Source of the DNA: an uncultured bacterium
Lineage (GTDB): Bacteria > CSSED10-310 > CAZUFC01
NCBI GenBank assembly: GCA_964619725.1
Contig: CAZUFC010000034.1
Coordinates: 1 to 64,000 of the forward strand
Reading direction: 5' to 3'
Length of the DNA stretch: 64,000 nt
This document shows positions 1 through 13,700 of the stretch, piece by piece. Each line of letters opens with the position of its first letter. The first letter of the stretch is position 1. Both the position numbers and the translations under genes were made by a program. The notes below the pieces were generated by a model, which made no database searches, was not told the DNA's origin, and worked only from the letters and a program-made list of their open reading frames with translations.

Positions 1-50
1 ATTTGTATTAGTCTATCAACTCAAGATTGCTCGCTTGGGATCCGGGATTA

Positions 51-1256
51 ATGAAATATATAATAAGCTTGTCTGCCGTATTGGCTTCGATGCTGATTCT
101 TGCCGGGTTCGAGTATGCTCAGGCTGATTCCTGGTATCACTGGGCATGGGCGAGACGCGTTTCGGTCACCATAGATTCCAGGATGATCGACGACGACCTT
201 TCCGGTTTTCCTGTTCTTGTGACGGAAGAAGGAATGAGTGAATCATTATTTCAATATGCTCTGGAGGATGGAAGCGACATAGCAGCGACCGCCGGCGACG
301 GTCAGACGAAACTGAAGCGGGAACTGGTGGAATTCGACAGGGAAAATCAGTCGATGGAATTATATGTGAAGGTTCCTCTGATATCAACTTCGGAAGATAC
401 GGTCTTCTATCTTTATTACGATAATCCGCAGGCGTCCGAAACCAATGATGCCGAAGTTTGGGACGAAAATTATTCGGCAGTATATCACATGAACGACGGG
501 GAGGACCGTTTTATTGTTGAAGATAGTACGCCCAACGGTTTTGACGGAACGAAAGTGAATATTCATGATCCGGACCCTGTTTATGAGGTCAAACCCAGCA
601 TTGAGATAGAGGGAAAAATTGGAAAAGCGCAGGATTTCGATCATTCCATCATCGATTGCGGCGTCCACCCGGAATTCAACCTGGGCAGGTATTTCACTCT
701 GGAAGCCTGGGGGGTTCCCGACACCGACGACCAGTATAACGGGGCTTTGATTGCTCACGACATGATGGATACGGGACGCCAGTACGCCCTGATCCAGATG
801 GACGGCGATCCCCCTCGCTACACCCGGCTTCAGGTCAATAAAACCGGCGACTACCGGGTGGGAACTCAGTATCCTGACGTCAATCTATGGAATCACATGG
901 TCGGCCGGTATAATCATAACCTTTCAAAATCACTTTTCTTAAACGGCCTAAAAGAAACGAACGAAGGAAACGGCGACCTGAACGATGCCCCGAATTCCAC
1001 CCTGATCATCGGAACCCACCATCTGATGAACTGGTCTTATCATCCCGGTTTTCGTGGAGCCATCGACGAGGTCCGCATATCGAACCTCGCACGTTCGGAT
1101 GCCTGGATTCTCGCAGGCTACCGTAATCAATCCGATCCCGCCGCTTTTTACCGAACGGAAGATGAGCTATCATCAATTCCCGTATTCAACTGCTTCGGCC
1201 TTTTAATCCTGACCGGAATCATCGGCGCATTGATTGTTAAAGGACGACAGAGTTAA
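51..1256 (+). CDS. Secreted DUF2341 + LamG/ConA-like domain protein with C-terminal IP-anchor (IPTL-CTERM-like)
   Basis: ORF track 27..1256; ATG at 51 precedes a signal-like segment (MKYIISLSAVLASMLILAGFEYAQA). DUF2341-type motifs FPVLV, DGSDI, YLYYDNP; LamG end GAIDEVRISNLARS; tail IPVFNCFGLLILTGIIGALIVKGRQS. Confidence 0.88.
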   Translation: MKYIISLSAVLASMLILAGFEYAQADSWYHWAWARRVSVTIDSRMIDDDLSGFPVLVTEEGMSESLFQYALEDGSDIAATAGDGQTKLKRELVEFDRENQSMELYVKVPLISTSEDTVFYLYYDNPQASETNDAEVWDENYSAVYHMNDGEDRFIVEDSTPNGFDGTKVNIHDPDPVYEVKPSIEIEGKIGKAQDFDHSIIDCGVHPEFNLGRYFTLEAWGVPDTDDQYNGALIAHDMMDTGRQYALIQMDGDPPRYTRLQVNKTGDYRVGTQYPDVNLWNHMVGRYNHNLSKSLFLNGLKETNEGNGDLNDAPNSTLIIGTHHLMNWSYHPGFRGAIDEVRISNLARSDAWILAGYRNQSDPAAFYRTEDELSSIPVFNCFGLLILTGIIGALIVKGRQS

Positions 1257-1452
1257 ATACTTCTTTTGTTTTGAACCCCTGTTCCGGCATCAGCAAACTC
1301 ATGACTTCATTTTTCCTTTTTTCCTTTAGTTTTTCCGACTCTGATCGCACAGTTTTCTGCCGATCTATTTAAAGGCGAAAAAATCGAATTGCTGTCAGAA
1401 TGAGACGATTTAGTTTTTATCGACAAGAAAAAAATTTCAAAAACCATTAATC

Positions 1453-1506
1453 AGAGTCTGTCCGCAAACTCGTTCAACGCATGAAAGATAAGCCCGGACA
1501 GGCGCT
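1453..1506. repeat. Small inverted-repeat element, related to the CTGTCC...GGACAG family
   Basis: AGAGTCTGTCCG (1453-1464) ... CGGACAGGCGCT (1495-1506), an imperfect IR. The right arm CCGGACAGGCGCT also occurs at ~50744-50756. Confidence 0.45.
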
Positions 1507-1550
1507 CCGAGTTTCTGATTTTCATTTGTGCAGCAAATCGAATATGGGTC

Positions 1551-1579
1551 TTGACAATACGGGGATGAAATAATATAAA
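1551..1579 (+). promoter_or_regulatory. Sigma70-type promoter of the giant gene
   Basis: TTGACA (1551-1556), 17-bp spacer, TATAAA (1574-1579). RBS-like CAGGAGGGG at 1729-1737 before ATG 1745. Confidence 0.65.
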
Positions 1580-1744
1580 AGGAAAGAATCGGTTTAACCA
1601 TAAGCTGGATTTTGTTTTGACGTCCTATTTGTTTTTCTTTTGAAGAAGAATTCAGCGCCGGGAAATTTAATTTTTTTTTGAGGATTTTGAAATCAAATTC
1701 ATGAAATTTTCAAAGATTTTAAAACTTTCAGGAGGGGTGTGCTC

Positions 1745-4700
1745 ATGAGGAGCATTTTTTCGTCTTTTCGGGTGTTTTTCCTTTTTTCTGTGATAGTTGC
1801 CATGATTTTTGCAGAGGTCATAGCGGGAGCTGCCTGGTATGGCGGCGGCTGGACCAAGCGTCAGTCGATAACGATAGATCATACGAAGGTTGATTCTGAT
1901 CTGAATGATTTTCCTGTATTGCTGACGGGGGCGAATGTTGATTCAACGCTGTTTGCAGGCGCTAAAAGCGACGGATCAGACATAGTTTTGACGGCTGACG
2001 ATGAGGTAACTCGGCTAAAGCGGGAGTTAGTGAGTTACGACGGTACGGCTGAGAGCATGGAGTTGTATGTAAGGGTTCCCCTGTTGTCGTCGAGTGTGGA
2101 CACGGTGATATACATTTATTACAGGAATTATTCGGCGAATGAGGCGAACGATCCTGACACCTGGGACGGTAATTATGTTTCTGTTTATCATATGTATGAT
2201 GGTCCTTCCAACACGATAACAGACAGTACGGTTAATGGATTTGACGGAACGAAGGGAGCAACCCTGAGCGTCGAGATAGACGGCAAAATAGGCGAGGCTC
2301 AAGACTTCGATCATTCGTGGATAGACTGCGGCGTTCATTCAGAGTTTAATTTACGTCAGTATTTCACGGTTGAATGCTGGGGATATCCTGACGCGAATCA
2401 ATATAACGGAGCGTTGGTAGCGCATGATATGAATTCGACGGGTCGTCAGTGGGATTTGATACAGATGGGTGGAAGCGGGACGTGTTACACGACGCTTCAG
2501 GTAAGGAAGAACAACAGCGATCAAAGGATTCACGGCGGTTATCCGACGATGAACGCCTGGAATCACATAGTCGCTGTATACAATTACACAACGGAGAAGG
2601 CGATATATTTAAACGGCGTGAAGTCATCGAATGCGGGTAACGGCGATCTTGACGATGCGCCTAATACGACCTTGCTGATCGGGACTCATTATGAGTATAC
2701 CTGGGGTCATCATCCCGGTTTTCTGGGAGGCATCGACGAATTAAGGATATCGAACGTTTCCCGGAGCGATGCATGGGTACTGGCGAGTTATCGGAACCAG
2801 GACGATCCGGCGGCATTTTCCTATGCAGGATCGGAGGAATCGGGTTGTGACGGAGATCAGGACGGTTATAGGAATCCTGATACTGATCCGTTGGATTGTC
2901 CGGGATTCCCGACAGAGCTTGACTGTGACGATTCTGATCCTAACACTTATCCGGGGGCGCCGGAGATATGCGATTACAAGGACAATCAGTGCGAGGGTGA
3001 TGCCGGATACGGTCAGGTGGATGAGGGAGCGGACCCGTTGGATAATGACGGGATATGTCCTGACGGCGATTTAAGCGGAACAGCGGGTGATGCGCCTTGT
3101 ACAGGAGGAGCGACGACTGATTGCGACGACAACTGCCCTGATGATGCGAATGCCGATCAGGCGGACGAGGACAGCGATGGAGTAGGAACGGTCTGTGATA
3201 ATTGTCCGGGGGATTACAATCCAGACCAGGCGGATTCTGACGGCGACGGTATTGGCGATTCCTGTGATTCCGACATCGACGATGACGGTATTTTAAACGA
3301 CGACGACAATTGTCCTGAGGTTTACAATCCGGACCAGGCGGATTCCGAGGAGGGGACTCCGAGCGGGATGGTCGGATATTGGACCTTTGACGACGGAGCG
3401 GGTTCAGAGGCATCGGATTATATGAATCAGCATCCCGGTTTGATACACGGAGCGACCTGGACGACGGGCAAGCTGGACGGAGCGTTAAGTTTTGACGGGA
3501 TAGACGATTACATTGATGTAGGAGATTTGGGGATAGAGGGAAATGACGCCCGCTCGATAGAATGTTGGTTTTATCCTTATGTGGATGAGACGCAAATGAG
3601 TTATTGGGAAGGACTGGCGACCATAGGCACGGACGACGGTCCTCAGCTTCATTCTTACGTTCTGTTGGTCAACAACGTAGATTCGCCGTGCGGCAGTCCC
3701 TATGTTCATACCATCGGCGGACATTATTATCTGTCCAATACTTGCGGGAATACGAAGGTAAGCGAACTGGGAATAAATCAATGGCATCACGCGGTACTGA
3801 CGCATAACGGCAGCCATCAGGAACTCTATATTAACGGGCAACTCGATGACTCCTCGGATTTAACTCTTGAAACTGATGCCGGCATAACGGTAATCGGCAA
3901 ACGGGCTATAGGAAACGGGGCATTTTTTGAAGGAAAAATCGATGAGGTTGCCGTATATAATCGAGCCTTGTCAGCATCTGAGATTGCTGATCATTACAAC
4001 AACGGATCAGGCAAGAAGTATGTTATAGAGGAAGGCGACGGAGTAGGCGACGTATGCGATAATTGTCCTGATGATTTCAATCCGGATCAGTCTGACGTGG
4101 ACGGCGACGGCATAGGCGACATGTGCGATGCCGATTATCATACGCCGACGCCTGTTCCGACGCCCTTGCCGCCGACTCCGACCATGCTCCCGACGGTAAT
4201 GTCGGAATGGAGCGAAGATACGACTGTCAATCTTAGCGTAGCTGATGTTTCAGATTATAAAAGCGGTCATCGCATCATAAACGACGGGACAGACGGATAC
4301 ATCGTCGTATGGACTAGCGATCTGGTGTATGCTCAGCGTTTCAGCGATACGGGCGTTAAAATGTGGGGACTTGACGGAGCCCTGGTGAGCACGAATGCAT
4401 CAAGCAACGGCTCTGCGCGAATATGCACCGACGGTTCCGGCGGCGCTTTGGTGTTCTGGAAGGATTCCAGAAACGGCAACGAAATATGGGGACAGCGTAT
4501 AAGCGGCTCCGGGCAGCGGCTATGGGACGACGAAGGCCTTCAAATATCACCTTCGGGCATCGATGCCGGTTGTGTTTTTGTTGTTTCAGATGATCAGGGA
4601 GGAGCATTCATAGCCTGGTATTACAACGGCGCCTACTGTCAACGCGTCGATTCGTCGGGAACGGTTTTATGGACGACTCAACTCGATCGTGAAAGCAATT

Positions 4701-7700
4701 CTCCCTGGGGAGTGAAACTCGAAAAGGACGGTCAGGGCGGCATTATATTAACCTGGTGCGCGCAGGTTTACGACGACGATGATATTTACGTTCAACGGGT
4801 GAACAGCGACGGGGAGAGACTCTGGGGACTTTACGGAACCTGCATTTGCAGTGCCAATGATACTCAATATTGTCCCAGAATACTGGCGGACGGTTCAGGA
4901 GGGGGATTGTTCCTGTGGATCGACGCTAGAGGAGGCATTGACCGTCTTTATATGCAGAAAGTCACATCCGGAGGTGTGGCCGATTGGAATGAAGATGGGA
5001 TATGCGTGTTTTACGGAGATAGCGACAGCTACGGACATGCTTTCGTTTCGGATGGAGCCGGCGGAGCTATCGTCACCTGGTTGTGCAATAATGACTCCAA
5101 CATGTATGCCTCCAGAATAGATGCTTCAGGCAATTCCGTATGGGGAGGCTATACCGCGTTGACCGACCATGGTCAGGTGAATGATGTATCGGATTCGCCT
5201 TACCAGACGGTCAGCGACGGAAGCGACGGCGCCATAGCCTTCTTCTCCATATATAACCAGACTGATTCACGCTACGAGATTCATGCTCAGAGGATTAAAC
5301 GCAACGGCGTTTTACCGTGGGGCATCAACGGAGTAGTCTTATGCGATAATGACACAGGGAATCGCAGTTGCGCCCGAGCTGCACCTTGTGAAGGCAATGA
5401 GGGCGGAGGTTTGTCATGCTGGCGCGACTACAGAAACGGAACAGGCGATCTTTTCGTTATGGGCATAGACATAAACGGTATAGCAGGGAATCCTTGCACG
5501 GCCATTGGGACGCCGACGCCTGCTTACAGCGCCACGCCAGAAGCGCCCACGCCTACTGTTGCACCGACTTCGACGACGAGCTGGAGTCTTATGGCGACGG
5601 AGGGATTGCGCGTATCAGAAAGTCAGACTAACCAGGACAGTCACAGGATCATAGCAGACGGTTACGGCGGATATATTGTCGTATGGTCGCATGATGAAGG
5701 ACAGGGCAAATTAGCTGACGTATGGGCTCAGAAATTCGATGAAAACGGGGCCAGGCTGTGGGGCGCCGAAGGGGTAAAAATATGCGCCAGAAACGGGGCC
5801 CAGGAATATCCCCGTTTGTGTTCGGACGGAGCTGGCGGAGCGTTTGTATTCTGGAAGGATGCCTGGAATTCGAATACCATATACGGTCAAAGGATAGGCG
5901 CTGACGGCATCACGCTATGGCAGGAAAACGGGATTCAATATGCAGCAACGGCAGCGGGAGCTTCCTGCCCGTTTGCTGCTTCTGACGACCAGGGCGGCGC
6001 TTACGTAATCTGGGATTCCAATACGGGAATCCATTGTCAAAGAGTCGATGCGAATGGAGTTCCCTATTGGGCGGAACCGCTGTTGCTGGCGGCGAACGGA
6101 ATGGGACCCAAAATCGCCGGCGACGGACAGGGCGGCGCGTTAGCTGTCTGGAACGAGGCGCGTGGAACAACGGGTGAAGATGTATATGTTCAGAGGCTGG
6201 CGCCCGACGGGACCAAGTTGTGGGGTGAAAATGATCTCTGCATATGTCAGAAAGCCAATAATCAGAACTGCGGCCGCGTCATCGGGGGCTCGGACGGTTC
6301 CGGCTTGTTTTTATGGGTGGATCAAACCAACAGCGAAGTTTATATGCAGAAGGTTTCAGCGGCCGGCGCAGCAGAATGGACTGCAGACGGCATTGAAGTC
6401 AGCGCGGGTCAATGCAACCAGGGGCATGCTTTCGTATCCGACGATAACGGCGGAGCGATTATTACTTATATAAAATCTCAAGAAAACAATTTATATGCGA
6501 AGCGGATCGATTCCACGGGTACGGAGGTTTGGGCGTCTGAAACCCAGTTGACGGATCACGGCGGCGTATATTTCATTTCTTATTCGCCCCATCAGACCGT
6601 TCAGGACGGACTGGGCGGAGCCATAACGTTTTTCACTTATGATAATTCTGGAGAATCCCGGTATGAAGTCGTCGCCCAGAGGGTTTCCGGCGACGGTTCT
6701 CTACCCTGGGGAATAAACGGAGCAGTATTAAATTATGCGGCCACGGGGACGCGGGAATGCGTCCGCGGCGTTTCGTGCAGCGCCGGCGGCGGAGGAGCGC
6801 TGGCTTGCTGGCCGGATACTCGAAACGGGACGAAGGACCTCTATGTAATGGGCATAGACGTTGACGGCTTATTAGGATACCCCTGTGCGCCTTTAGGTAC
6901 GCCGACGCCTGCGACGCCTTCGCCGACTCCGACGCCGACGATTCCATCAACCTGGAGCGACGATCCGTCGGTCAATCTGAGAGTCAGCAAAAATCAAATT
7001 CGACAGGATTCGAGTCTTCGGATTATTTCGGATGATCAGGGAGGATATGTGGTATCCTGGCTGTACGCAGGAGATGTCTATCCTCAAGGATTGTACGCAC
7101 AGCGATTTAATTCCGCGGGTAATCGCATGTGGGGGCCCGACGGAACGGCGATATGCACCGATACCGTGAAGACCTGGGGATCGCGCATGTGCAGCGACGG
7201 AACGGGAAGTATCTTTTTCTTCTGGACCGACGAACGCAATCCCAACGCCGAGGTATGGGGTCAGAAAGTCGATTCTGACGGAAACCTTTTATGGCCTGCA
7301 GGAGGAAAAAGAATATCGCCGGCCTGGTTGGACGCCAACTGTCCTTTCGCTGTTCCTGACGGAGAGGGCGGAGCCTTCATCGTATGGCAGGGCGACGGAG
7401 ATTTTTGTACCAGGATCAACGCTAATGGTGAATCGATGTGGAATGCACCAGTTCAACTAGGAAGCGCCAATTGGGGAAGTCCGAAAATCGCACTGGACGG
7501 AACCGGCGGAGTAATCGTTGCCTGGTATCAGTATGATTCATCGACTTCGAACGATATATACGCACAACGTCTTACTTCCGGCGGCGCTGAATTATGGGGA
7601 GCCGGTGGAATCTGCATATGCAACGGCAGTAATAATCAGGGGTGTCCGCGATTGACGTCGGATGGAGCCGGCGGCGGATTCTTCATATGGCGCGATCAGC

Positions 7701-10700
7701 GATATGGCTCGTATTACGCCGTCTTCATGCAGAGAGTATTGTCGGACGGAACCGTTGCCTTAAGAGGAGACGGAATAAGGGTTTCTCCTGATTACGTACA
7801 AAATTCCGGTCATTCGGTTACGACAGACGGAGCCGGCGGGGCTGTAATACTCTACTGCGGCAATGATTCCAATTTTTATGCACGTCGTTTTGATCATGAC
7901 TGCACAGACATTTGGGGCGGACCGGTTACTCTGACGGACCACGGCAATATCCAGGAAGTCGCCTACTCCCCTTATCAGGCCGTATCGGACAACAACGGGG
8001 GCGTCATCACGGTTTTCACGGCGTTAAACAGCGTGGAATCCAGATCGGAAGTCACTGCGCAAAGGATAACGTTAAATGGTAATCTTCCGTGGGGTATGAA
8101 CGGACTGACTCTCAGTCATTATTATGGCGGATGTCCCCGTGTCGCCGGTTGCCTGGAAGATACGGGAGGAGCTTTAGCATGCTGGTCGGATCAGAGGGAC
8201 GGTTCAGCTTCATTGTATGTAATGGGAGTAAACATAAACGGCGAATTGGGAGCGCCTTGTTGCTTGTTGCCTACGCCGGGACCTTCCACGCCCACGCCGA
8301 TGCCGACTGTCACCGCTACTCCCGAAGCGACTGCGGCATGGAGCGACGATCCTGCCGTGAATTTAAGAGTGTCTGAAACTCAAACGGCTCAGGACAGTCA
8401 TAGAATAATTGTCGACGGTTACGGTGGATATTTCGTAGTATGGGAAAATTCTCAGAACATATACATTCAGCATTTCGATCAGGACGGCAACCGTTTATGG
8501 GGACCGGAAGGACTGCTGATTTGTTGCGATTCCAATTCGCAGGAGAATCCGAGAATCTGTTCGGATGGCGCAGGCGGCGTTTTCTGTTACTGGACGGATT
8601 CCCGTACTGTCGGGACCTCTTCTTATGCCGTTTGGGGGCAGCATATCGGATGTGACGGAAACCTGTTATGGCGTGAAAACGGTATTAGAATATCACAGGA
8701 TGACGTAAATGCCGGTTGCTCCTTCTGCGTTCCCGATGATCAGGGAGGTTCTTACGTCATCTGGCAGTATGGCGGAGAAGGTTCTTATTGTCAGAGGATC
8801 GACCGTGAAGGGGAATGGATGTGGGCGCAACCTGTAAGCCTGGCCTTAGCCGGATGGGGAAACAAGATAGAGCAGGACGGTCAAGGCGGCGTACTGTTAT
8901 GTTGGTGCGACAACCGTGGAGAGACAGGAGACGACATTTACGTTCAAAGATTGGATGCTTCAGGCAGCAAGCTTTGGGGAACCCAAGATTTATGCGTCTG
9001 TCAGGCAACGGATTCACAGGAATGTCCCCGGATACTGGCCGACGGTTCGGGCGGAGCGTTCATACTTTGGTCCGACTACAGGGACGGAATGAACAAGCAG
9101 CTATATATGCAAAAAGTGAACTCGGCCGGTTTAACGGAATGGACCGAAGACGGGATTTGTCTGTATAGCGGTTCAACGGACGGACGCTGTCACAGTATAG
9201 TTCCCGACGGCAGCGGCGGGTTCCTGGCAGCCTGGAAGGACCTGACGGATTACAACAACATGTACGCCCTTCGTATAGACGCAACCGGTAATGATGTGTG
9301 GGGAGCGCCTCTGCAGTTGACCGATCACGGTGAGGCATTCCACCTGGCGTCCTCTCCCTATCAGATGGTTCTGGACAATGCCGGCGGAGCCGTGTTGTTT
9401 TTTACTCGAAACAATGCGACCGAAGGATATGAAGAAATAGACGCGCAAAGGATTATGCCCGACGGTTCTTTACCCTGGGGAGTAAATGGATTGACGCTGG
9501 CTTACAATGCCGCCGGCAATCGCAGATGCGCCCGGGGAGTTTCCTGTTCGACAGGCGGCGGAGGCGCCGTAGCCTGTTGGTCAGACACACGAGAAGGACA
9601 AAAAGTCCTTTATCTCATGGGCGTAGATTCTAACGGCGATATCGGCGATCCTTGTTATGCCGAAGGAACGCCCACACCGGTCGCTCCCTCGCCTACTCCG
9701 ACGCCTGTTCCGCCGTCGGAATGGAGCAGCGATCCGACGGAGAATCTTCGCGTAAGTAAAGTTCAGATAAATCAGCCCAACAGTTTCAAAATATTTTCGG
9801 ACGACGGAGGTTATTTCATATTGTGGGCTCATCGTGATTGTTCGAATGAATACAGCGTTCATATACAGAAATTTAATGCTTCGGGCGCACGGATGTGGGG
9901 AAATGACGGAATATGTCTCGATCAAGGAGACGTCGAAGATTGGGGAATGCGCATGTGCACGGACGCCTCAGGCGGCGCCGTAGCGTTCTGGACAGACTCC
10001 AGCGGTTCGCAATACGCTATAAAAGCTCAAAGAATAAGCAGCGACGGGAACATGTTATGGAATGAAGAAGGCGTATCTGTTTCGCCTTTCTGGCTTTCGG
10101 CCCGATGTCCCTGGGCGGCATCAGACGGTCAGGGCGGCGCATATATTTGCTGGCAAGGCGACGGCGTTTACTGTCAAAGAGTGGACTCGAACGGCAATAT
10201 AGCCTGGAACTATCCCAAACAGCTTTCAACCGACGCTTACGGCGGCATAAAACCTGCTCCTGACGGACAGGGCAACGTCTTGCTTGCGTGGTATTTCAAT
10301 GACGATACAACCGGTTATGATATCTATGTTCAGAAATTAGATCAGAACGGCACGGAATTATGGGGTTCAGGAGGTATCTGCATCGCTCAGGCTTCTAATG
10401 CCCAGCAATGTCCCCGCCTTGCAGCCGACGGTTCTGGGGGCGGATTCTTTATCTGGGAAGATCAGAGGTCAGGGTCTGCCAGTCTTTATATTCAGCATGT
10501 ACAGAGCGATGGAACCGTGTCGGGGCTTCAAAATGGAATTAATCTATCGTCAGGGACAGCAATCCAACAGGGTTATTCGGTAGTTTCCGACGGCACGGGA
10601 GGCGCTGTTGCGTGCTGGTGGGCTAATGACGGGAATATATATGCCAGGCGTGTCGATTCATATTTGTCTGATGTCTGGGGAACTTCCATACAGTTGACGA

Positions 10701-13700
10701 ACCACGGTAATGTAACCGAGATGGCTTACTCGCCTCATCAGGGGGTCTCCGACAATGCAGGAGGCGCCATAGTCTTTTTCTCAGTTTATAATTCGACTGA
10801 GGGACGCAATGAAGTAACGGCGCAGAGAGTAACGTCATTGGGGACGCTTCCCTGGGGCGATGACGGAGTAACGCTGAGCATTTATGATCCTCAATGGAAT
10901 CATTGTCCGCGGGGCGCTGCATGCAGCAGTCCCGGAAGCGGCGGGGCCCTGGCGTGCTGGCGAGATAATCGTGAAGGCGTGCCGGCCTTATACGTCATGG
11001 GTATCAATTTGGACGGCGAATTGGGCGATCCCTGCTCGGTAGTGACGACGCCGGTACCGCCGACTGTAACGCCAACTGTCGTTCCGACGGGAGAAACATC
11101 CTGGAGCGATGATCCGGAAACAGGATTAAAAGTAACGGATATGCAGGCGAATCAGCAGTCTCATCGCGTCATATCGGACGGCCTGGGCGGCTATTTTGTT
11201 CTGTGGCATCAAAGCGGATACAGCCAGAACGACATCTATATCCAAAGGTTCAACGAATTCGGCGCCAGAATGTGGGGACCTGACGGGATTGCCGTAACCG
11301 GAGCTGACAACGGCCAGGATTATCCGAAGGTGAGCGCGGACGGCGCCGGCGGAGCATATATTTTCTGGCAGGACAATCGAGACGGAACAACCCCTCAACA
11401 GATATGGGGACAGCATTTAAACAGCGATGGTCAAAATTTATGGATGGAAAACGGCATTCAGATTTCCCAGGATGACGTTCAGGCATCGTGTCCTTACACG
11501 GTATCCGACGATCAGGGAGGGGCTTATGTCGTCTGGCAGAATTACTCCAACGGTTCCTACTGTCAGAGGATCGGCTGGGACGGCTCACCTTTGTGGGCGA
11601 CTCCCGTACCCCTGGCTGAAGGCGGATGGGGCAACAAGATAGCCCGCGACGGACTGGGCGGAGTTATTCTGGTCTGGTATGAAACCAGGGGAGCGGCTGA
11701 CGATGATATTTATGTGCAGAGACTGGCGTCTGACGGAACGAAACTCTGGGGTGAGGACGATCTATGCATATGTCAATCAGCGGGTTATCAGAGTTGTCCA
11801 CGTTTGATAAGCGATGGAGCCGGTGGCGGTATTTTCTGCTGGCAGGATAATCGAAACGGATATTACATGGTATATGCGCAGAAGGTAACGGCTGACGGCA
11901 GCGTTGCCTGGACGGCTGACGGCGTCTGCATCGGTTGCGCAGGCTTTACGCCCACGCCGGTTCCCACGGGAACGCAAGGCCCGTCTCAAACGGCAACGCC
12001 TACTGCGACAGGTACTTCTATACCCGGACCTTCTTATCCGGCCCCGCCCTATGAATATCCGGCGCTGGTTTCAGACGGCGCAGGCGGAGCTATACTGACC
12101 TGGCTCTGCTCTAACGATGCCGATATGTATGCAGTCAGGCTCGATGCATCAGGTTCAGAAGCCTGGTTTGAACCAAAGAAGTTGACGGACCATGGAAGCG
12201 TAGACAGCGTAGCTTACTCTCCGCATCAAACCGTCAGTGACGGATTGGACGGAGCTATTGCCTTTTTCACGGTTTACAACGGACTGGAATCGAGACAGGA
12301 AATAACCGCTCAACGCGTCACAGCCGACGGCGACTTACCCTGGGGCATAAATGGAGTGGCCGCAGGTTATCATTCTGCCGGTTCTCGTGAATGCGCCAGA
12401 GGCGTATCTTGTTCGCTGGGCGGAGGCGGTGCGCTGGTCTGCTGGCCGGACGGCAGAAACGGATATTACGATCTTTACCTGATGGGCATTAACCTGGACG
12501 GCCAATTAGGCGATCCCTGCACCTTAATGGGAACGCCGACACCTGTTTCTCCTACGCCGACGCCTTTACCGACGAGTCCTTCGGAGTGGAGCCTTGATCC
12601 CTCTGAAAACCTGAGCGTATCGGTGAACCAGGTCAATCAGGGAACTCACAGGATAGCGTCGGACGAGCTGGGCAATTATTTTGTCGCCTGGGTATATGAA
12701 GGCGGCACGGGTCCTACAGGCGTATGGGTCCAGAAATTCAACGATCTGGGCAACCGTATGTGGGGTCCGGACGGCGTTTCCCTTTGTTCGGAAACAAATG
12801 AAAACTGGGGTATGAGAGTATGTCCTGACGAAAACGGCGGTGCATTTTGTTTCTGGACGGAAACGAAAACGGGCGGCTATCAAATCTGGGGACAGCACAT
12901 TGATGATGACGGCAGTTTATTGTGGGACGCCGGCGGAAAAAGAATGTCTCCCTTCTGGATATCCGAATCAGGTTGCCCCTGGTCGATACCTGACGGAAGC
13001 GGCGGCGCTTACCTCATGTGGCAGGGAAGCGACGGCGGTTATTGCGACAGAATTGATTCTGCGGGTGAAAGCGTTTGGACATCTTCTGTCATGATAACGG
13101 GAGACAATTGGCCGGGAATGAAGATAATTAGAGACGGTAACCAGGGAATCATTGCATCCTGGTATGCAAACGACCCGACGACAAACGATGATATTTTTGC
13201 TCAGAAAATCGCTGCTGACGGTTCAATATTGTGGGGGCAGGATGGCGTAACGGTATGCGGAGCTGATAATTATCAGCAATGTCCGCGCCTTATTTCAGAC
13301 GGAGCGGGAGGCGCTTATATCGTCTGGAAAGATAATCGGGACGGCGTGAACAGGCAGCTTTATATGCAGAAAGTCGACAGCGATGGAAATATCAAATGGT
13401 TGTTCGACGGTATAAATGTGTCCAACGGTTATATCCAGCACCGGGGTTACTCTGTCGTTTCTGACGGCGCCGGCGGAGCTATCGCGTCCTGGCCGTCGAA
13501 CGACGACGGCAACATGTATGCTGCGCGTATAAATGCTTCAGGGACAAATGTATGGGGTCAGCCAGTCGCGCTGACGAATCACGGCAGCCTGAGCAATCTG
13601 ACATATTCGCCCGATCATGCAGTTTCCGACAATACAGGCGGTTCAATCGTACTTTTCGTAACTGATGATCCTGTTGACTTAAGGTATGAAGCGACAGCCG

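Noticed and set aside
51-2840. Diversity-generating retroelement (template/variable repeat) between the two DUF2341-LamG paralogues
   Set aside because: Differences involve all bases and many synonymous sites rather than adenine-specific changes, and there is no reverse transcriptase in the window.
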